NCBI GenBank assembly: GCA_051439605.1
Contig: JBFRWN010000075.1
Location: 32,001 to 96,000 of the forward strand
Direction: 5' to 3'
DNA length: 64,000 bases
DNA from: Synechococcus sp.
Lineage (GTDB): Bacteria; Cyanobacteriota; Cyanobacteriia; Thermostichales; PCC-7336
How positions within the stretch are numbered: the first letter of the stretch is position 1; each line of letters begins with the position of its first letter. The notes beneath the pieces were generated by a model. It was not told where the DNA came from and made no database searches. It saw nothing but the letters and a program-made list of their open reading frames with translations. Of the stretch, positions 10,566 to 22,232 are shown piece after piece. The position numbers and the translations under genes are program-made.

Positions 10566-11300
10566 TCATCGAGAGCCTGAGGATTGCTTTGAGAGTGTCG
10601 ACTCTGGCTTGCCCAGTCCAACCTGCATAATCAAACCATCCCAAAGGTCTTCGAGATAAACCATCAATCCATGCGCAAAGACGACGAGACCGATCATCTC
10701 CAGTGATTCTTCAAAGACAGTAATAAATTCATCATAAAATCCCTGCCCATCTCCCAGTATCTTTCCGACGGCATCCAAGAAAAATGCACCAAAGACGAAC
10801 AGAGCAGCAGAGATCGAAAATAGCCGTCTCGATCGTTTCGGCGCGCGGAAGACGAAACGGCTGAAGTTAACGGTAAAAATAACCAGAAAGACTCCAAAGA
10901 GCACCATCAATCCGGCAGTGAAGAGGTCAGAATTTCTGATCGACAGCCTGATTTGGGGACTGATCCATCGGTAAAGTCGACAAAATTCATTGATCGTAAA
11001 GAACGAGAACATCAGCGCTAGCACCGATATCTCGGCCCCCTGCTGTTTGCGACCCCGAACAATCGAAATGACCGATAAAAGCAAGGAACAAATCAGCAGT
11101 AAGAGCGTAGAGAATAGTGTTGGTATATTCGGAGCGCTTACAGCAAGGCTAAATAACGGGATCAAACCAAAGAGATCGCTGTGGCCAAAGATATACTTTG
11201 AAACAAAACTGACCAATTGCACTAGAATCAGAAAGGATGAAATCCCTAACAACAACGAAAGAACTTTCTTAGAGTCTAGATTGATAATTTCAGTGTGCAT
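10566..11300 (-). CDS. Hypothetical polytopic membrane protein
   Basis: About six hydrophobic segments; EESLEMIG motif near the C-terminus. Confidence 0.75.
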   Translation of the reverse strand: MHTEIINLDSKKVLSLLLGISSFLILVQLVSFVSKYIFGHSDLFGLIPLFSLAVSAPNIPTLFSTLLLLICSLLLSVISIVRGRKQQGAEISVLALMFSFFTINEFCRLYRWISPQIRLSIRNSDLFTAGLMVLFGVFLVIFTVNFSRFVFRAPKRSRRLFSISAALFVFGAFFLDAVGKILGDGQGFYDEFITVFEESLEMIGLVVFAHGLMVYLEDLWDGLIMQVGLGKPESTLSKQSSGSR

Positions 11301-11593
11301 GCTTGGGACGCGCTTTCAACGATGTTGTTGGCAATGGAGCTGTTGACAGTAGAGTGAACCTGAAAGTATTAATTAAGTCCTACATCCTTTCAGTGCGACA
11401 AGATTCAGGAATGCGCACCCTGTCAACTACCCCTTAGGTATATTGCCCAGTGCGACCAAGACTAAATAATACTTCACTCCTGCCCTCTACGTATACTTTT
11501 TTCTAGACAGCCGATCTGAGATGCGATGGCTCAACTCTTGTTGACGGAGCGATCGCTAGCCAATTCCCGGGCCGCTTCGAACGTTGAATCGCA

Positions 11594-11772
11594 TTTCCCA
11601 CCTGACCTGCAAGTAGAGGCAGGGCTAAATCCCAGCAGAACTGCAATTGAAGATCTATCGACAGTCTTTACAGCCACACCCTGTTAAGTCAGCACCCTGA
11701 AACTATTCAGAATTTTGGGTTGACAACGAACGCTTTAACGAGATGCTTATTGAGCATTTGAAAGATAGACGA
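11594..11772 (+). pseudogene. Decayed copy of the C-terminus of the alpha/beta hydrolase at 9614-10450
   Basis: From 11638 reads ELQLKIYRQSLQPHPVKSAP*NYSEFWVDNERFNEMLIEHLKDR, which aligns without gaps to ELQLKPYRKYLKQLTVQPVPGNHWAFLVEPDRFNELVIQHLSDR. Confidence 0.75.
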
Positions 11773-11956
11773 CTCCTTTTTAGGGTTGCGTATTCATCGA
11801 TCGCAAAGGAACCATCCACAGCCCGCTCCAACCGAGGCTAGTGTTTAAACGGAAAGTTGATTAGAAACGAAAAGAACTACTACACTTTGTCGCATTGATG
11901 ACCCACTTTTGATGTTTTTTTCTATGCTCGGGCAGATGTTGCATTCTGTTCTATAA

Positions 11957-13750
11957 ATGCCATTTCTGAACCAACTTAAACTTCTCAGGCGATTGTTTCT
12001 ATTGCTTGCATTTGTTGTGGCGATCGCTATCGTTATCTTTATTATCTTTCCTGATATTGTTGCGAGCAACAGCATCCAAAAAAATCCTTGTGAAGACTTC
12101 TCCGCCAAAAACTCCCCATGTTCCTGTACCCATCTGGTGGATGTTGACAAGTTTGGATACGCCGATTTACACGAGCCAGAGACTCGGATGTCATCAAACG
12201 GCAATCTCGCCCTCGATTTGAACGTTACTTACACCAATCCTGAACGGAATAAAATTGCTGGCTGCCCCGTCAAGCTGCGTTCCTATAATGGAGAACTGGT
12301 GGGACCCACTCTACGCCTCAAACCGGGCGACACCCTCAACGTCAATCTGAATAACCAACTGCCCCAAAATCAAGGCAACCCTTCGGGAAACCTCAACGTT
12401 CCCCATCACCCCAATACCACGAACTTCCACACCCACGGCTTGCATGTTTCTCCACTAGGTAACAGCGACAACGTACTCATTAAGATCGAACCCAAGAGTA
12501 CTTTGCCGGTCGAAATCTCCATCCCCGAAGATCATCCCCCCGGCACTTTCTGGTACCATCCCCACTCCCACGGTGCGACCACAGTGCAGGTCGGTAGCGC
12601 AATGGAAGGAGTCTTGATTGTCGAGGGTGGCTTAGATGAAGTCCCAGAAATTGCTGCGGCCAAAGAGCACATTCTCGTGTTTCAACAGGTGCCCTACGAC
12701 GAACAAGGCATGATTGAACCGAACGAAACCACCTACTGGACTTTCGACAGCTATTTTGGTGCCAAAGCTTGGCCCAACCTCAAACGGCACACGACCGTTA
12801 ACGGCCAACTGGCTCCAGTAATTCACATGCGCCCCAACGAAGTGCAGCGCTGGCGCATGCTACATGCGGGGGTACACGAAAGCCTCAAGCTCATTTTGGC
12901 GAAGCAACCCCTCCCCAGCGGTTACAGCCAAGAATTGCCCCTCTATGAAATCGCAACTGACGGTTTGGCTACCGGCAAGCTGGATGCCTGGACGAGCCGC
13001 AGCTGGCCGTTCGAAGACAGCACCCCCCAAGAACGCGAAAACTTAGGAGGGCTTCGGCTTGAACCCGGATATCGCAGCGATGTTTTGGTTCAAGCTAGTG
13101 CCGAACCCGGCGAATATTTCCTCTACGACCTAGATCAGCCAGCTGAGGCCAGTCTACAGGCGGTGCCTGAAGATTTAGAAATTGTGGCCAAGGTGATAGT
13201 GGAAGGTCCAGAGGATTGCACGGAGTATGCCTGTGCGTTACCTAGCGCTCGCCAGTTGGCTGACTACGTTCCTTTCGAGCCCATTACCGACGACGAAATC
13301 AGCAATTGGGACAATCCCCAGAAAATGGTATTCAAGCTGCAGCTCGACCCCATCAAGGCTTTTACCGTCAACGATCGCCCCTTCAGCTATGACGATAACA
13401 ACATCCGCAAGTTGCCCTTGGGCAAAGCAGAAGTGTGGCATTTGAGTACGGATAAAAACTCAATCGCCCCTAACCACCCGTTTCATATCCACGTCAATCC
13501 TTTTCAATACGATCGCCGCGGTCCCGATGGCTCGCTAGAAACCATCTGGCGAGATACCGTCCTGGTGTCCAACACGGATCACCCCCCCGACAATCCGTTA
13601 GAAATTCGCACCCGATACGTGCGATATCTCGGCGAGTTCGTCTTCCACTGTCACATCCTCGACCACGAAGACCAGGGCATGATGCAACTGGTGCAGGTAG
13701 TTTTGCCAAGCGAGCTAGAACAGGTCCCTGCTGAAACAACAGTTCATTGA
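11957..13750 (+). CDS. Multicopper oxidase, membrane-anchored or secreted
   Basis: HTHG, WYHPHSHG, HPFHIH, HCHILDHEDQGMM; N-terminal hydrophobic segment. Confidence 0.92.
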   Translation: MPFLNQLKLLRRLFLLLAFVVAIAIVIFIIFPDIVASNSIQKNPCEDFSAKNSPCSCTHLVDVDKFGYADLHEPETRMSSNGNLALDLNVTYTNPERNKIAGCPVKLRSYNGELVGPTLRLKPGDTLNVNLNNQLPQNQGNPSGNLNVPHHPNTTNFHTHGLHVSPLGNSDNVLIKIEPKSTLPVEISIPEDHPPGTFWYHPHSHGATTVQVGSAMEGVLIVEGGLDEVPEIAAAKEHILVFQQVPYDEQGMIEPNETTYWTFDSYFGAKAWPNLKRHTTVNGQLAPVIHMRPNEVQRWRMLHAGVHESLKLILAKQPLPSGYSQELPLYEIATDGLATGKLDAWTSRSWPFEDSTPQERENLGGLRLEPGYRSDVLVQASAEPGEYFLYDLDQPAEASLQAVPEDLEIVAKVIVEGPEDCTEYACALPSARQLADYVPFEPITDDEISNWDNPQKMVFKLQLDPIKAFTVNDRPFSYDDNNIRKLPLGKAEVWHLSTDKNSIAPNHPFHIHVNPFQYDRRGPDGSLETIWRDTVLVSNTDHPPDNPLEIRTRYVRYLGEFVFHCHILDHEDQGMMQLVQVVLPSELEQVPAETTVH

Positions 13751-13803
13751 GACCCGTTCGAGCATATTGCTGAAATGTTCGCAGCAATTCCACGACCGCA
13801 CTA

Positions 13804-14475
13804 TCAGTAGTCGTAGGCTTCGATGGCAGTGGCCAGCAGGAAATATCCCACATCCACACTGGCCGAACCATCGATAAATGTCAGATCCTGCTCGGATTGC
13901 TTCACAGCTAACTGGCCTGACACTAAGAGAGGTTCAAATAAGCTGTTCATCTCAATGCCGCGTTCCGATCGCACGTGGACGATTTGGTTGGGGGGTGGGG
14001 GAGGGGTGTGAATGCAGGCCCCAACGTAGGGCACCAGCAAAAACTCCGTCACGAGATTGTTGTCCCCATATTCGAGTGGCAGCGCGTAGCCTGGAATTTT
14101 GACAGACGCGGCGTTGAGTTCCTCCACCATCATGTTGTCGGCAATCAGCTGTTTAGCTTCGATCTCCTCTTGTTGAGCCACAAGGCGATCGATATCGACT
14201 CCGGCTGCAGTTAGCGTTGTAACGGACTCGTTAAATTGCTCCGCTAGAACAGTCAGCTCCTGCAGGTCAAGGGGTGGGTCTTGTTTTTGTCGCTGAATCA
14301 TCCAATATACAAATCCAAACTCCGAGGCTTGCTCCGGAGCTAATGCTTCAAACGGGTCTTCGAACTCGATCTGCGGCGCTAAATCTTCCCACGAAAGCTG
14401 AAGAGTATTTTCCCCTTGAGCAGGAAGGGCGACTAGCGAAGCCAAAATGGCAAGAGCAATTGAAGTACGCTTCAT
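13804..14475 (-). CDS. DUF3299-family periplasmic protein (zrg-operon type)
   Basis: LSWEDLAP; IPGYALPLE; EFLLVPYVGACIHTPPPPPNQIVHV; signal peptide; GAGG RBS. Confidence 0.85.
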   Translation of the reverse strand: MKRTSIALAILASLVALPAQGENTLQLSWEDLAPQIEFEDPFEALAPEQASEFGFVYWMIQRQKQDPPLDLQELTVLAEQFNESVTTLTAAGVDIDRLVAQQEEIEAKQLIADNMMVEELNAASVKIPGYALPLEYGDNNLVTEFLLVPYVGACIHTPPPPPNQIVHVRSERGIEMNSLFEPLLVSGQLAVKQSEQDLTFIDGSASVDVGYFLLATAIEAYDY

Positions 14476-14554
14476 CGAACCTCACAATAGAAACTAAAAC
14501 AGCAGAACAGGAAATACCTTAAAAAAGGTCGGTCATCGCTTCGCGAATTGCTAC

Positions 14555-15036
14555 TTACTGTTTGACGAACATTCCATCGGCAATCAATTGACGGTAACTG
14601 AGATATCCGGGAGTCATCTCGATCGCAGTACCAGCTCCGCAAACGGTCGCTATCAAAACTAGCTCGTATTCCAGAAAAACCTCCAATCGCGATCGCCAAT
14701 CCCATCTTTGCCAACAGGATTGGACGGGCAATCCATAATCCGGCGTACAACAAGGTTATTCCAGTCAAAATCCCCACTACGGTCAGGACACAAGCTTCCC
14801 CCACAATCAGCCCAAATATATGAACCGGTCGAGCTCCCACCGATCGCAAAATGGCCATTTCCCGACGGCGTTCGTTGAAGCCGGTCAGCAATGCCACGAG
14901 CATTCCAGACAGACCCACCAGCACCACAAACCCAGACACAACCATTTAATACCCGTTCCGCTACACCAACCACCTCCCACAACGATTGCAGCGTCACCCC
15001 CGGCAAAATAGCCAAGAGGGGTTCGGCCCGATAGTT
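14555..15036 (-). pseudogene. 3' fragment of an FtsX-like ABC permease (ZrgC-type) with two frameshifts
   Basis: NYRAEPLLAILPGVTLQSLW...AERVL / MVVSGFVV...NERRREMAILRSVGARP...GGFSG / YELVLIATVCGAG...YRQLIADGMFVKQ*; frameshifts near 14945 and 14670; the N-terminal part is missing. Confidence 0.85.
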
Positions 15037-15554
15037 AAGGCTTGCACTTCAATTTCCTCAACACCAAGAAATGCAGCGAATAGCATGACCTCAATTTGAT
15101 TCAGTTGCTCGGGATTCGAACAGCTAATCTCGTAGTTGGGAACAAATTCGCTGTGAACTTCTCTCGCCTGCGAGGCACGCTCTTCTTCAGAGTGTTCTGA
15201 ATCAATATCCGATTCCACGGTTATATCGGCAAAACTGCATTCTGCACTGTCAAGTAACCCAAAGATCTCTTCCCCCGACTCAAGAATTTTTAATGCATCT
15301 GCGATCGCAGCTTCTTGCTCGATGGAGTTGGGACTGCGTTCAAACCCCACAATATTTGCCGCTGGGCTCAACAGTTCGAGGTAGAGGCGGTCACCTTCAA
15401 TTGCAATATTCATCTCAACAACACCGTGGACATGGGTATCTTGTTGTCGAGCATCATGCGAGGATTCAGCCTCCTGCGTATTCATAGACTGTATACCCGT
15501 GCAGAAAATGGCTGCCGTTGAGGCGATCGCTAGCAGCACACCCTCAAACTTCAT
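14994..15554 (-). pseudogene. zrgA: ZrgA/DUF2796 metal-binding protein with its C-terminus replaced by a deletion junction
   Basis: DTHVHG, ELLSPAANIVGFE, HSEFVPNYEISC, IEVQA; then runs out of frame into permease sequence; ATG at 15554. Confidence 0.75.
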
Positions 15555-15621
15555 AACTCCGCTTCCAACGCAAAGATAGCGACGCTTGGTAGTTGTATTC
15601 GCCTGCTTGCGGCTAAGAATA

Positions 15622-15642
15622 CAAGAATGGTTATAATTCCCA
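15622..15642. promoter_or_regulatory. Putative Fur-family (Zur-like) operator upstream of zrgA
   Basis: CAAGAATGGTTATAATTCCCA matches the idealised palindrome TGAGAATGATTATCATTCTCA at 16 of 21 positions, about 70 bp upstream of a zinc-related gene. Confidence 0.45.
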
Positions 15643-15795
15643 TTATTTTTGACGGCAAAGTTCATAATGGGTATGACTGAAGTTCGAGCCAAGCCTTTTC
15701 CAGTAACTGCTTTACCAGGCGGATAACCGGCTGGGGCTGTCAGAGACTAACGACAACACGTACACTGAAAAGAAATCCGCATCGAAACAACCTCC

Positions 15796-16395
<600 letters not shown>

Positions 16396-16446
16396 ACGAA
16401 TGACCGCTAGGTAAACCCAAGCCCTAAACGATCGACAGCCTATTTG

Positions 16447-16479
16447 AAAAGCACCCAGAATACTGCTTGGGTGCTTTTT
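16447..16479. terminator. Bidirectional intrinsic terminator
   Basis: AAAAGCACCCA-N10-TGGGTGCTTTT between convergent genes. Confidence 0.75.
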
Positions 16480-16517
16480 ACTCGGAGCTTTTGCTCTTGG
16501 AAACGAGAGTGAGGGAC

Positions 16518-16796
16518 CTACTTCTCTTCCTCCGGGCAATCCTCAGACACCATAATGCAGTCTTCCGTTTTGGGAACCGAAGCAATTTGTTGCGAGATCG
16601 AGCCGATGCTGTCCAGCCGCACAGACTCCTCTAGCGCAAAAATCTCTTCTTCGTCTTCTACCTCGTAGCGCACCGTGACGATATCCCCTTCAATCGTCAA
16701 AATCTTGGCGCGATCGATCCAGCGCATTTGATCCCTGAGAAAGATGCTAACGGTACGATTTTCGCGGCAGAGTTGGTAGATCTTGCGATCTAACAT
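16518..16796 (-). CDS. Conserved small cyanobacterial protein (DUF6679-like, 92 aa)
   Basis: MLDRKIYQLC...FLRDQMRWI...VRLDSIGS...SEDCPE; GGAG RBS before ATG at 16796. Confidence 0.8.
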   Translation of the reverse strand: MLDRKIYQLCRENRTVSIFLRDQMRWIDRAKILTIEGDIVTVRYEVEDEEEIFALEESVRLDSIGSISQQIASVPKTEDCIMVSEDCPEEEK

Positions 16797-17119
16797 ATGC
16801 GCGTTCTCCAAATAAGGGACAAAAAGCCTGAACCCATCAGGTCGCAAAACAACGAGCGCCGTCCCCCTCATTCATGGTTGTCAGCCAGATTGAAGGAAAA
16901 AGGGTCGCATGTAATCCTGGCGACGCGCATGCGTACAGACATAATAAAGACGTGTTGCTCGTTGTTCGAATACTGTAGCAGCTTGTTCAGATTTCATATT
17001 CGCTGCTGAACCCTTCAACGGCGATCGCCAGTTCGATCCGATCCCGGTTGATGTAACACACATAAGACCCTTTGGGATCGTATCTCTCTCCTCCTACCCT
17101 AACAGCCCTCATCAAGACC

Positions 17120-19024
17120 ATGCTTGCCGACTCAGTCACATTTCTAGATTCCTATGACGTCATTGTGGTGGGGGCAGGCCATGCAGGATGCGAGGCAGCA
17201 CTGGCCTCCGCCCGTCTTGGGGCACGGACGTTGATGCTCACCCTTAATCTCGACAAAATAGCCTGGCAACCCTGCAATCCCGCTGTAGGGGGGCCTGCCA
17301 AATCCCAACTCGTGCACGAAATCGATGCGCTGGGGGGAGAAATGGCTAAAGTGACAGACCGCACCTACCTGCAGCGCCGCGTCCTCAATCGTTCGCGGGG
17401 GCCAGCGGTGTGGGCGCTACGGGCGCAAACCGACAAACGGGAATATGCGTCAGAAATGCGTCAAGTAGTGGAAAACCAGGAGAATCTCACCCTGAGGGAA
17501 GGGATGGTCACCGACATTATCCTGGGTGGCAATGACAATATTGTCGGCGTGCAAACCTATTTCGGTACCGCCTACGGCTGCAATGCCGTCATCCTCACCA
17601 CCGGTACTTTTCTGGGGGGACGCATTTGGGTGGGGCCAAAATCTATGGCTGCCGGACGTGCGGGGGAATTTGCCGTAGAGGGGCTCACAGAAACCCTCAA
17701 TCAACTGGGATTCGAAACCGATCGCCTTAAAACCGGCACCCCTGCCCGTGTCGATCGCCGCACAGTGGATTTCAGAAAAATGGAGCCCCAGCCTGGGGAC
17801 AGCGAGCAGCGCTGGTTCAGCTTCGACCCCGCCGCCTGGATAGAACGGGAGCAACTGTGCTGTCACCTCACCCGCACCACCCAAGTTACCCACCAGCTGA
17901 TTCGCGAGAACCTCCATCTCACCCCTATTTATGGTGGCTTCGTTGACGCCAAAGGGCCGCGTTACTGCCCCAGCATCGAAGACAAAATCGTCCGGTTTGC
18001 CGACAAAACTAGCCACCAGATCTTTATCGAACCCGAGGGGCGAAACATTCCCGAACTCTATATCCAAGGATTCTCCACCGGCCTGCCAGAAAACCTACAG
18101 CTGCAACTACTGCGCACGCTACCTGGGCTGGAACAATGCGACATGCTGCGACCCGCCTACGCGGTCGAATACGACTATATTCCCGCCACCCAATGCTTCC
18201 CCACGATGATGACTAAGTCTGTCGAGGGGCTGTTTTGCGCGGGACAAATCAACGGCACCACTGGGTATGAGGAAGCTGGTGCCCAAGGTCTGGTGGCCGG
18301 CATTAACGCTGCCATGCTGGCAGCGGGCAAGCCCATGCATGTCTTGCCCCGCGAGGGCAGCTACATCGGCACACTGCTGGATGACCTCTGTACCAAAGAA
18401 TTGCGAGAACCCTACCGCATGCTCACCAGCCGGTCGGAATATCGCCTCATTCTCAGGTCCGATAATGCCGATCGCCGGCTCACCCCTCTAGGACGCGAAA
18501 TCGGTCTCGTTGACGACCGTCGGTGGGAATTGTATTCCAGGAAGCAGGCGGCTATCTCTGGAGAGATCGAGCGGCTAGAAAAGCAGCGGGTCAAAGGGCA
18601 CGATCCGAAAGGCATTGCCTTAAGCGAGATTACTGGACAGGGCATCAAAGGGTCCGCCACCTTGGCAGAGTTGCTGCGACGTTCCGGCTTGCACTACCGC
18701 CATCTGGACGAACAGAACTTGGGGGATACCTCCCTGAGCGATATCGAAAAAGAATCCGCCGAAATTGCCGTCAAATACCGGGGATATATCGCACGGCAGA
18801 AAACCCAAATTGAACGGATGGCCAAACAGTACAACCGATCGCTTCCGGCAAACATTGACTACAGTGCAATCGAAACGCTGTCGAAAGAAGCCCGAGAGAA
18901 GCTGGGCTCGGTGCGCCCAATGACCTTGGGGCAAGCTGCCCGCATTGGGGGAGTTAATCCCGCCGACATTAATGCTTTGTTGGTTTACCTAGAGATCGAG
19001 CAGCGCAAAGTGGCCATCCCCTAA
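17120..19024 (+). CDS. mnmG: tRNA uridine-5-carboxymethylaminomethyl modification enzyme MnmG/GidA
   Basis: [42 protein letters not shown]. Confidence 0.97.
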   Translation: MLADSVTFLDSYDVIVVGAGHAGCEAALASARLGARTLMLTLNLDKIAWQPCNPAVGGPAKSQLVHEIDALGGEMAKVTDRTYLQRRVLNRSRGPAVWALRAQTDKREYASEMRQVVENQENLTLREGMVTDIILGGNDNIVGVQTYFGTAYGCNAVILTTGTFLGGRIWVGPKSMAAGRAGEFAVEGLTETLNQLGFETDRLKTGTPARVDRRTVDFRKMEPQPGDSEQRWFSFDPAAWIEREQLCCHLTRTTQVTHQLIRENLHLTPIYGGFVDAKGPRYCPSIEDKIVRFADKTSHQIFIEPEGRNIPELYIQGFSTGLPENLQLQLLRTLPGLEQCDMLRPAYAVEYDYIPATQCFPTMMTKSVEGLFCAGQINGTTGYEEAGAQGLVAGINAAMLAAGKPMHVLPREGSYIGTLLDDLCTKELREPYRMLTSRSEYRLILRSDNADRRLTPLGREIGLVDDRRWELYSRKQAAISGEIERLEKQRVKGHDPKGIALSEITGQGIKGSATLAELLRRSGLHYRHLDEQNLGDTSLSDIEKESAEIAVKYRGYIARQKTQIERMAKQYNRSLPANIDYSAIETLSKEAREKLGSVRPMTLGQAARIGGVNPADINALLVYLEIEQRKVAIP

Positions 19025-19289
19025 CTGCCTTCTTCTCACTAGTCAATCGACGGCAATCGACACTAAGTCACTCCATCTCGGCGAGACAGAGCATTATGGA
19101 AAAATAGATGCCGAGGAACAAAAACCTAACAGCAATAGCTCGCTCCTGTACCGAATACTGCGCTAGACTTGCGATCGCTCATATTAGGAAAGGGGGAACC
19201 CTCCCCTTAATGCGACTCATTGCGTAGGCTAGACTGAGTGCCAACTCGCATAGCCTAAGTCCAAACTCGAATCCCATCCACACAACCCG

Positions 19290-20018
19290 ATGACTCAAGA
19301 AGAGAAAAAGCCAGTTCCACCCAACGCTGCATATCCCGAACTTGAGGACGATGACGAACTCAACGAGGCCGAGCTGGAAGAACTCATTCAAGCTGTATCC
19401 GAACCAGAGGCCAACGGTGCAGTGGCTCAAACGTCTGAGGACCCCAAGGTCGCCGAAGTTGCCAGCCTCAAGGGAGAGGTAGAAGCCCTCAAACATCAAC
19501 TGAGCGAAAAAGACGAAAACTATAAGCGCATGTACGCTGACTTCGATAACTTCCGCAAGCGCACGGCGCGGGAGAAAGTGGAGCTGGGCGAGCGGCAAAA
19601 GCAAAAATCTATCTTGGAAATTCTCCCAATTGTAGATAACTTCGAACGGGCTCAGCAGGCAATCAAAGTAGAAACCGACAAGGAAAACGCTATCCACGAG
19701 AGCTACCAGAGTGTCTATCGCTTGCTGGTGGAATCTCTCAAAAAAATGGGGGTCTCCCGTATGAAAACAGTTGGGGAAAGCTTTAATCCCAACCTGCACG
19801 AAGCCATGCTGCAGCAACCCTCCTCCGACCACTCTGAGGGCATCATACTGAACGAATTTCAGCCTGGTTACCTCCTAGGAGAAACAGTATTGCGTCACGC
19901 CATGGTGATTGTAGCCAGCGCTCCGGAAGGGGTAGAGCACCAACCCGCAACGGCTGATACAGAACCAGAAGCTGTTGGAGAAAGTGAAGATGTCAACTCT
20001 ACTCATGAACAGGGGTAA
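19290..20018 (+). CDS. grpE: Nucleotide exchange factor GrpE
   Basis: ADFDNFRKR, DNFERA, FNPNLHEA, LRHAMV. Confidence 0.96.
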   Translation: MTQEEKKPVPPNAAYPELEDDDELNEAELEELIQAVSEPEANGAVAQTSEDPKVAEVASLKGEVEALKHQLSEKDENYKRMYADFDNFRKRTAREKVELGERQKQKSILEILPIVDNFERAQQAIKVETDKENAIHESYQSVYRLLVESLKKMGVSRMKTVGESFNPNLHEAMLQQPSSDHSEGIILNEFQPGYLLGETVLRHAMVIVASAPEGVEHQPATADTEPEAVGESEDVNSTHEQG

Positions 20019-20229
20019 GCTTGGCTTGGTCTGAGTAGGATAGCGGGTGCAGTCCCTTTACCCTTCGCAGAATTTCAACTGACCTACTCGATACCTTTTC
20101 GATGAGGTTATGACGGCGAAAGCCTGAATCGAACTCTGTGAGTCGCTGGTTCTACCACAGTTATTAGCGGCTTTCACCAATATTTAACCTTTACACTACC
20201 TTGCTACCCAGCATCTGCTTGAGTGAACT

Positions 20230-22044
20230 ATGGGCAAAGTCATTGGTATCGATCTTGGCACCACCAACAGCTGTGTAGCTGTTCTAGAAGGCGGTCAACC
20301 TGTCGTGATTGCCAGTTCAGAAGGTGGTCGCACGGTACCCAGCATTGTTGGGTTTACCAAAAATGGCGAACGCCTAGTCGGTCAACTGGCCAAGCGCCAA
20401 GCAGTGACCAATGCAGAGAATACCGTTTTCAGTATCAAGCGATTCATCGGTCGCCGTTGGGAAGAAACCGCACCAGAGCGAAGTCGCGTCCCTTACAACA
20501 CCATCCGTGGTCGAGATGATACTGTCGAAGTCGCTATTCAAAATCGCTCTTTCACCGCACAAGAACTCTCCGCCATGATCCTGCAAAAGCTCAAGCAGGA
20601 TGCAGAAAACTATTTGGGTGAAGAGGTCACTCAAGCAGTGATTACAGTACCGGCTTACTTTAGCGACGCTCAGCGACAGGCCACTAAAGATGCAGGGACA
20701 ATCGCGGGCCTCGAGGTGTTACGGATCATTAACGAACCCACCGCTGCCTCTTTGGCCTATGGCTTAGATAAGCAAGATACCGAGCAATTTATCTTGGTGT
20801 TTGACCTCGGCGGAGGCACCTTCGATGTGTCTGTGCTTCAGCTTGGGGATTCTGTTTTCGAGGTGAAAGCAACCTCTGGAAATAACCACCTGGGGGGGGA
20901 TAATTTTGACGAGCGCTTGGTGGAATATCTGATCGAACGGTTCAAAGAGGAAGAGTCCATCGACTTGAGCAAAGACCGCATGGCCTTACAGAGGCTGCGA
21001 GAGGCAGCAGAGAAAGCCAAGGTAGAGCTCTCTACAGCCACCACAACGTTGATTAACCTTCCCTTCATCACTGCAGATGACAATGGTCCCAAACATCTAG
21101 AAATGGAGCTCCTACGTTCCCAATTTGAAGAACTTGTCAAAGATTTAGTCCAGGGCACGATGGAGCCCACCCAACAAGCTTTGGAAGATGCAGGCATCAC
21201 TGTCGATCGCATCGATCGCGTCATTCTGGTTGGAGGATCCACTCGCATTCCCGCCGTACAACAGGCGATTCAAAATTTTTGTGCAGGACAATCCCCGGAT
21301 CGCTCCGTCAACCCTGATGAAGCGGTGGCTTTGGGGGCAGCCATCCAAGCAGGTGTCATGGGGGGGGAAGTCAAAGATCTGCTCCTGTTGGACGTTACTC
21401 CTTTATCGATGGGGATTGAAACTTTAGGTGGCGTGTTTACTCGCATTATCGAACGAAATACCACCTTGCCCACCAGCAAAACCCAGGTTTTTTCCACCGC
21501 TGCCGATAACCAGACTGTAGTAGAAATTCACGCCCTTCAAGGGGAGCGGTCGATGTCGAAAGACAATAAGACCCTTGGGAAGTTTCAGCTGACCGGTATT
21601 CCTCCAGCCCCCCGCGGAGTCCCTCAGATTGAAGTGGCCTTCAATATCGATGCCAACGGCATTTTAGATATCTCCGCCCGCGACAAAGGCACTAATATGG
21701 AGCAAAGCATCACCATCAGCAATACCGGTGGTCTCAGCTCGATGGAAGTTGAGCGCATGCGTCAGGAGGCACTAGCCTATGCCGAAGAAGACCGCGGTCG
21801 TCAACGATTAGCCGATGCCCGCAACCAAGCAGATGGTCTCCTCTACAACTACGATGCCACCATTGCCAATAACGGTAGCCTGCTGGAGCCAGCCCTCAAA
21901 TCCCGTTTGGAATCCGCCGCGATTAAGCTCAAAGAGATGATTAGCGGAGATGGTGTTCAAATGGCCGAGCTTGAACAGTCAATGGATCGATTGCGCTCAT
22001 TGCTATCAGATGCAGGGGCCGTAATTTTTAGCCCCGATCGCTAA
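20230..22044 (+). CDS. dnaK: Chaperone DnaK (grpE-linked paralog)
   Basis: [30 protein letters not shown]. Confidence 0.97.
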   Translation: MGKVIGIDLGTTNSCVAVLEGGQPVVIASSEGGRTVPSIVGFTKNGERLVGQLAKRQAVTNAENTVFSIKRFIGRRWEETAPERSRVPYNTIRGRDDTVEVAIQNRSFTAQELSAMILQKLKQDAENYLGEEVTQAVITVPAYFSDAQRQATKDAGTIAGLEVLRIINEPTAASLAYGLDKQDTEQFILVFDLGGGTFDVSVLQLGDSVFEVKATSGNNHLGGDNFDERLVEYLIERFKEEESIDLSKDRMALQRLREAAEKAKVELSTATTTLINLPFITADDNGPKHLEMELLRSQFEELVKDLVQGTMEPTQQALEDAGITVDRIDRVILVGGSTRIPAVQQAIQNFCAGQSPDRSVNPDEAVALGAAIQAGVMGGEVKDLLLLDVTPLSMGIETLGGVFTRIIERNTTLPTSKTQVFSTAADNQTVVEIHALQGERSMSKDNKTLGKFQLTGIPPAPRGVPQIEVAFNIDANGILDISARDKGTNMEQSITISNTGGLSSMEVERMRQEALAYAEEDRGRQRLADARNQADGLLYNYDATIANNGSLLEPALKSRLESAAIKLKEMISGDGVQMAELEQSMDRLRSLLSDAGAVIFSPDR

Positions 22045-22232
22045 TGCTAGAACGCTTATTATTGTTTGACCCCTATTCTTTGACGGATTAAGGTGGCCGG
22101 GGGTTTGACGAGGGGAGATACAATTATTAACAGAATGACGGGTTAGCCCTACGCTAGCGCCGATTTACGAGCGCGATTACCCTTCGCCCATTCATTTTCA
22201 ACTGTCCACTTTGTCTGGTTTAGAGACTGTCT

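Noticed and set aside
19225..19257. CIRCE-like GAGTGCCAA inside a hairpin upstream of grpE
   Set aside because: Only the right half-site is present; no TTAGCACTC 9 nt upstream
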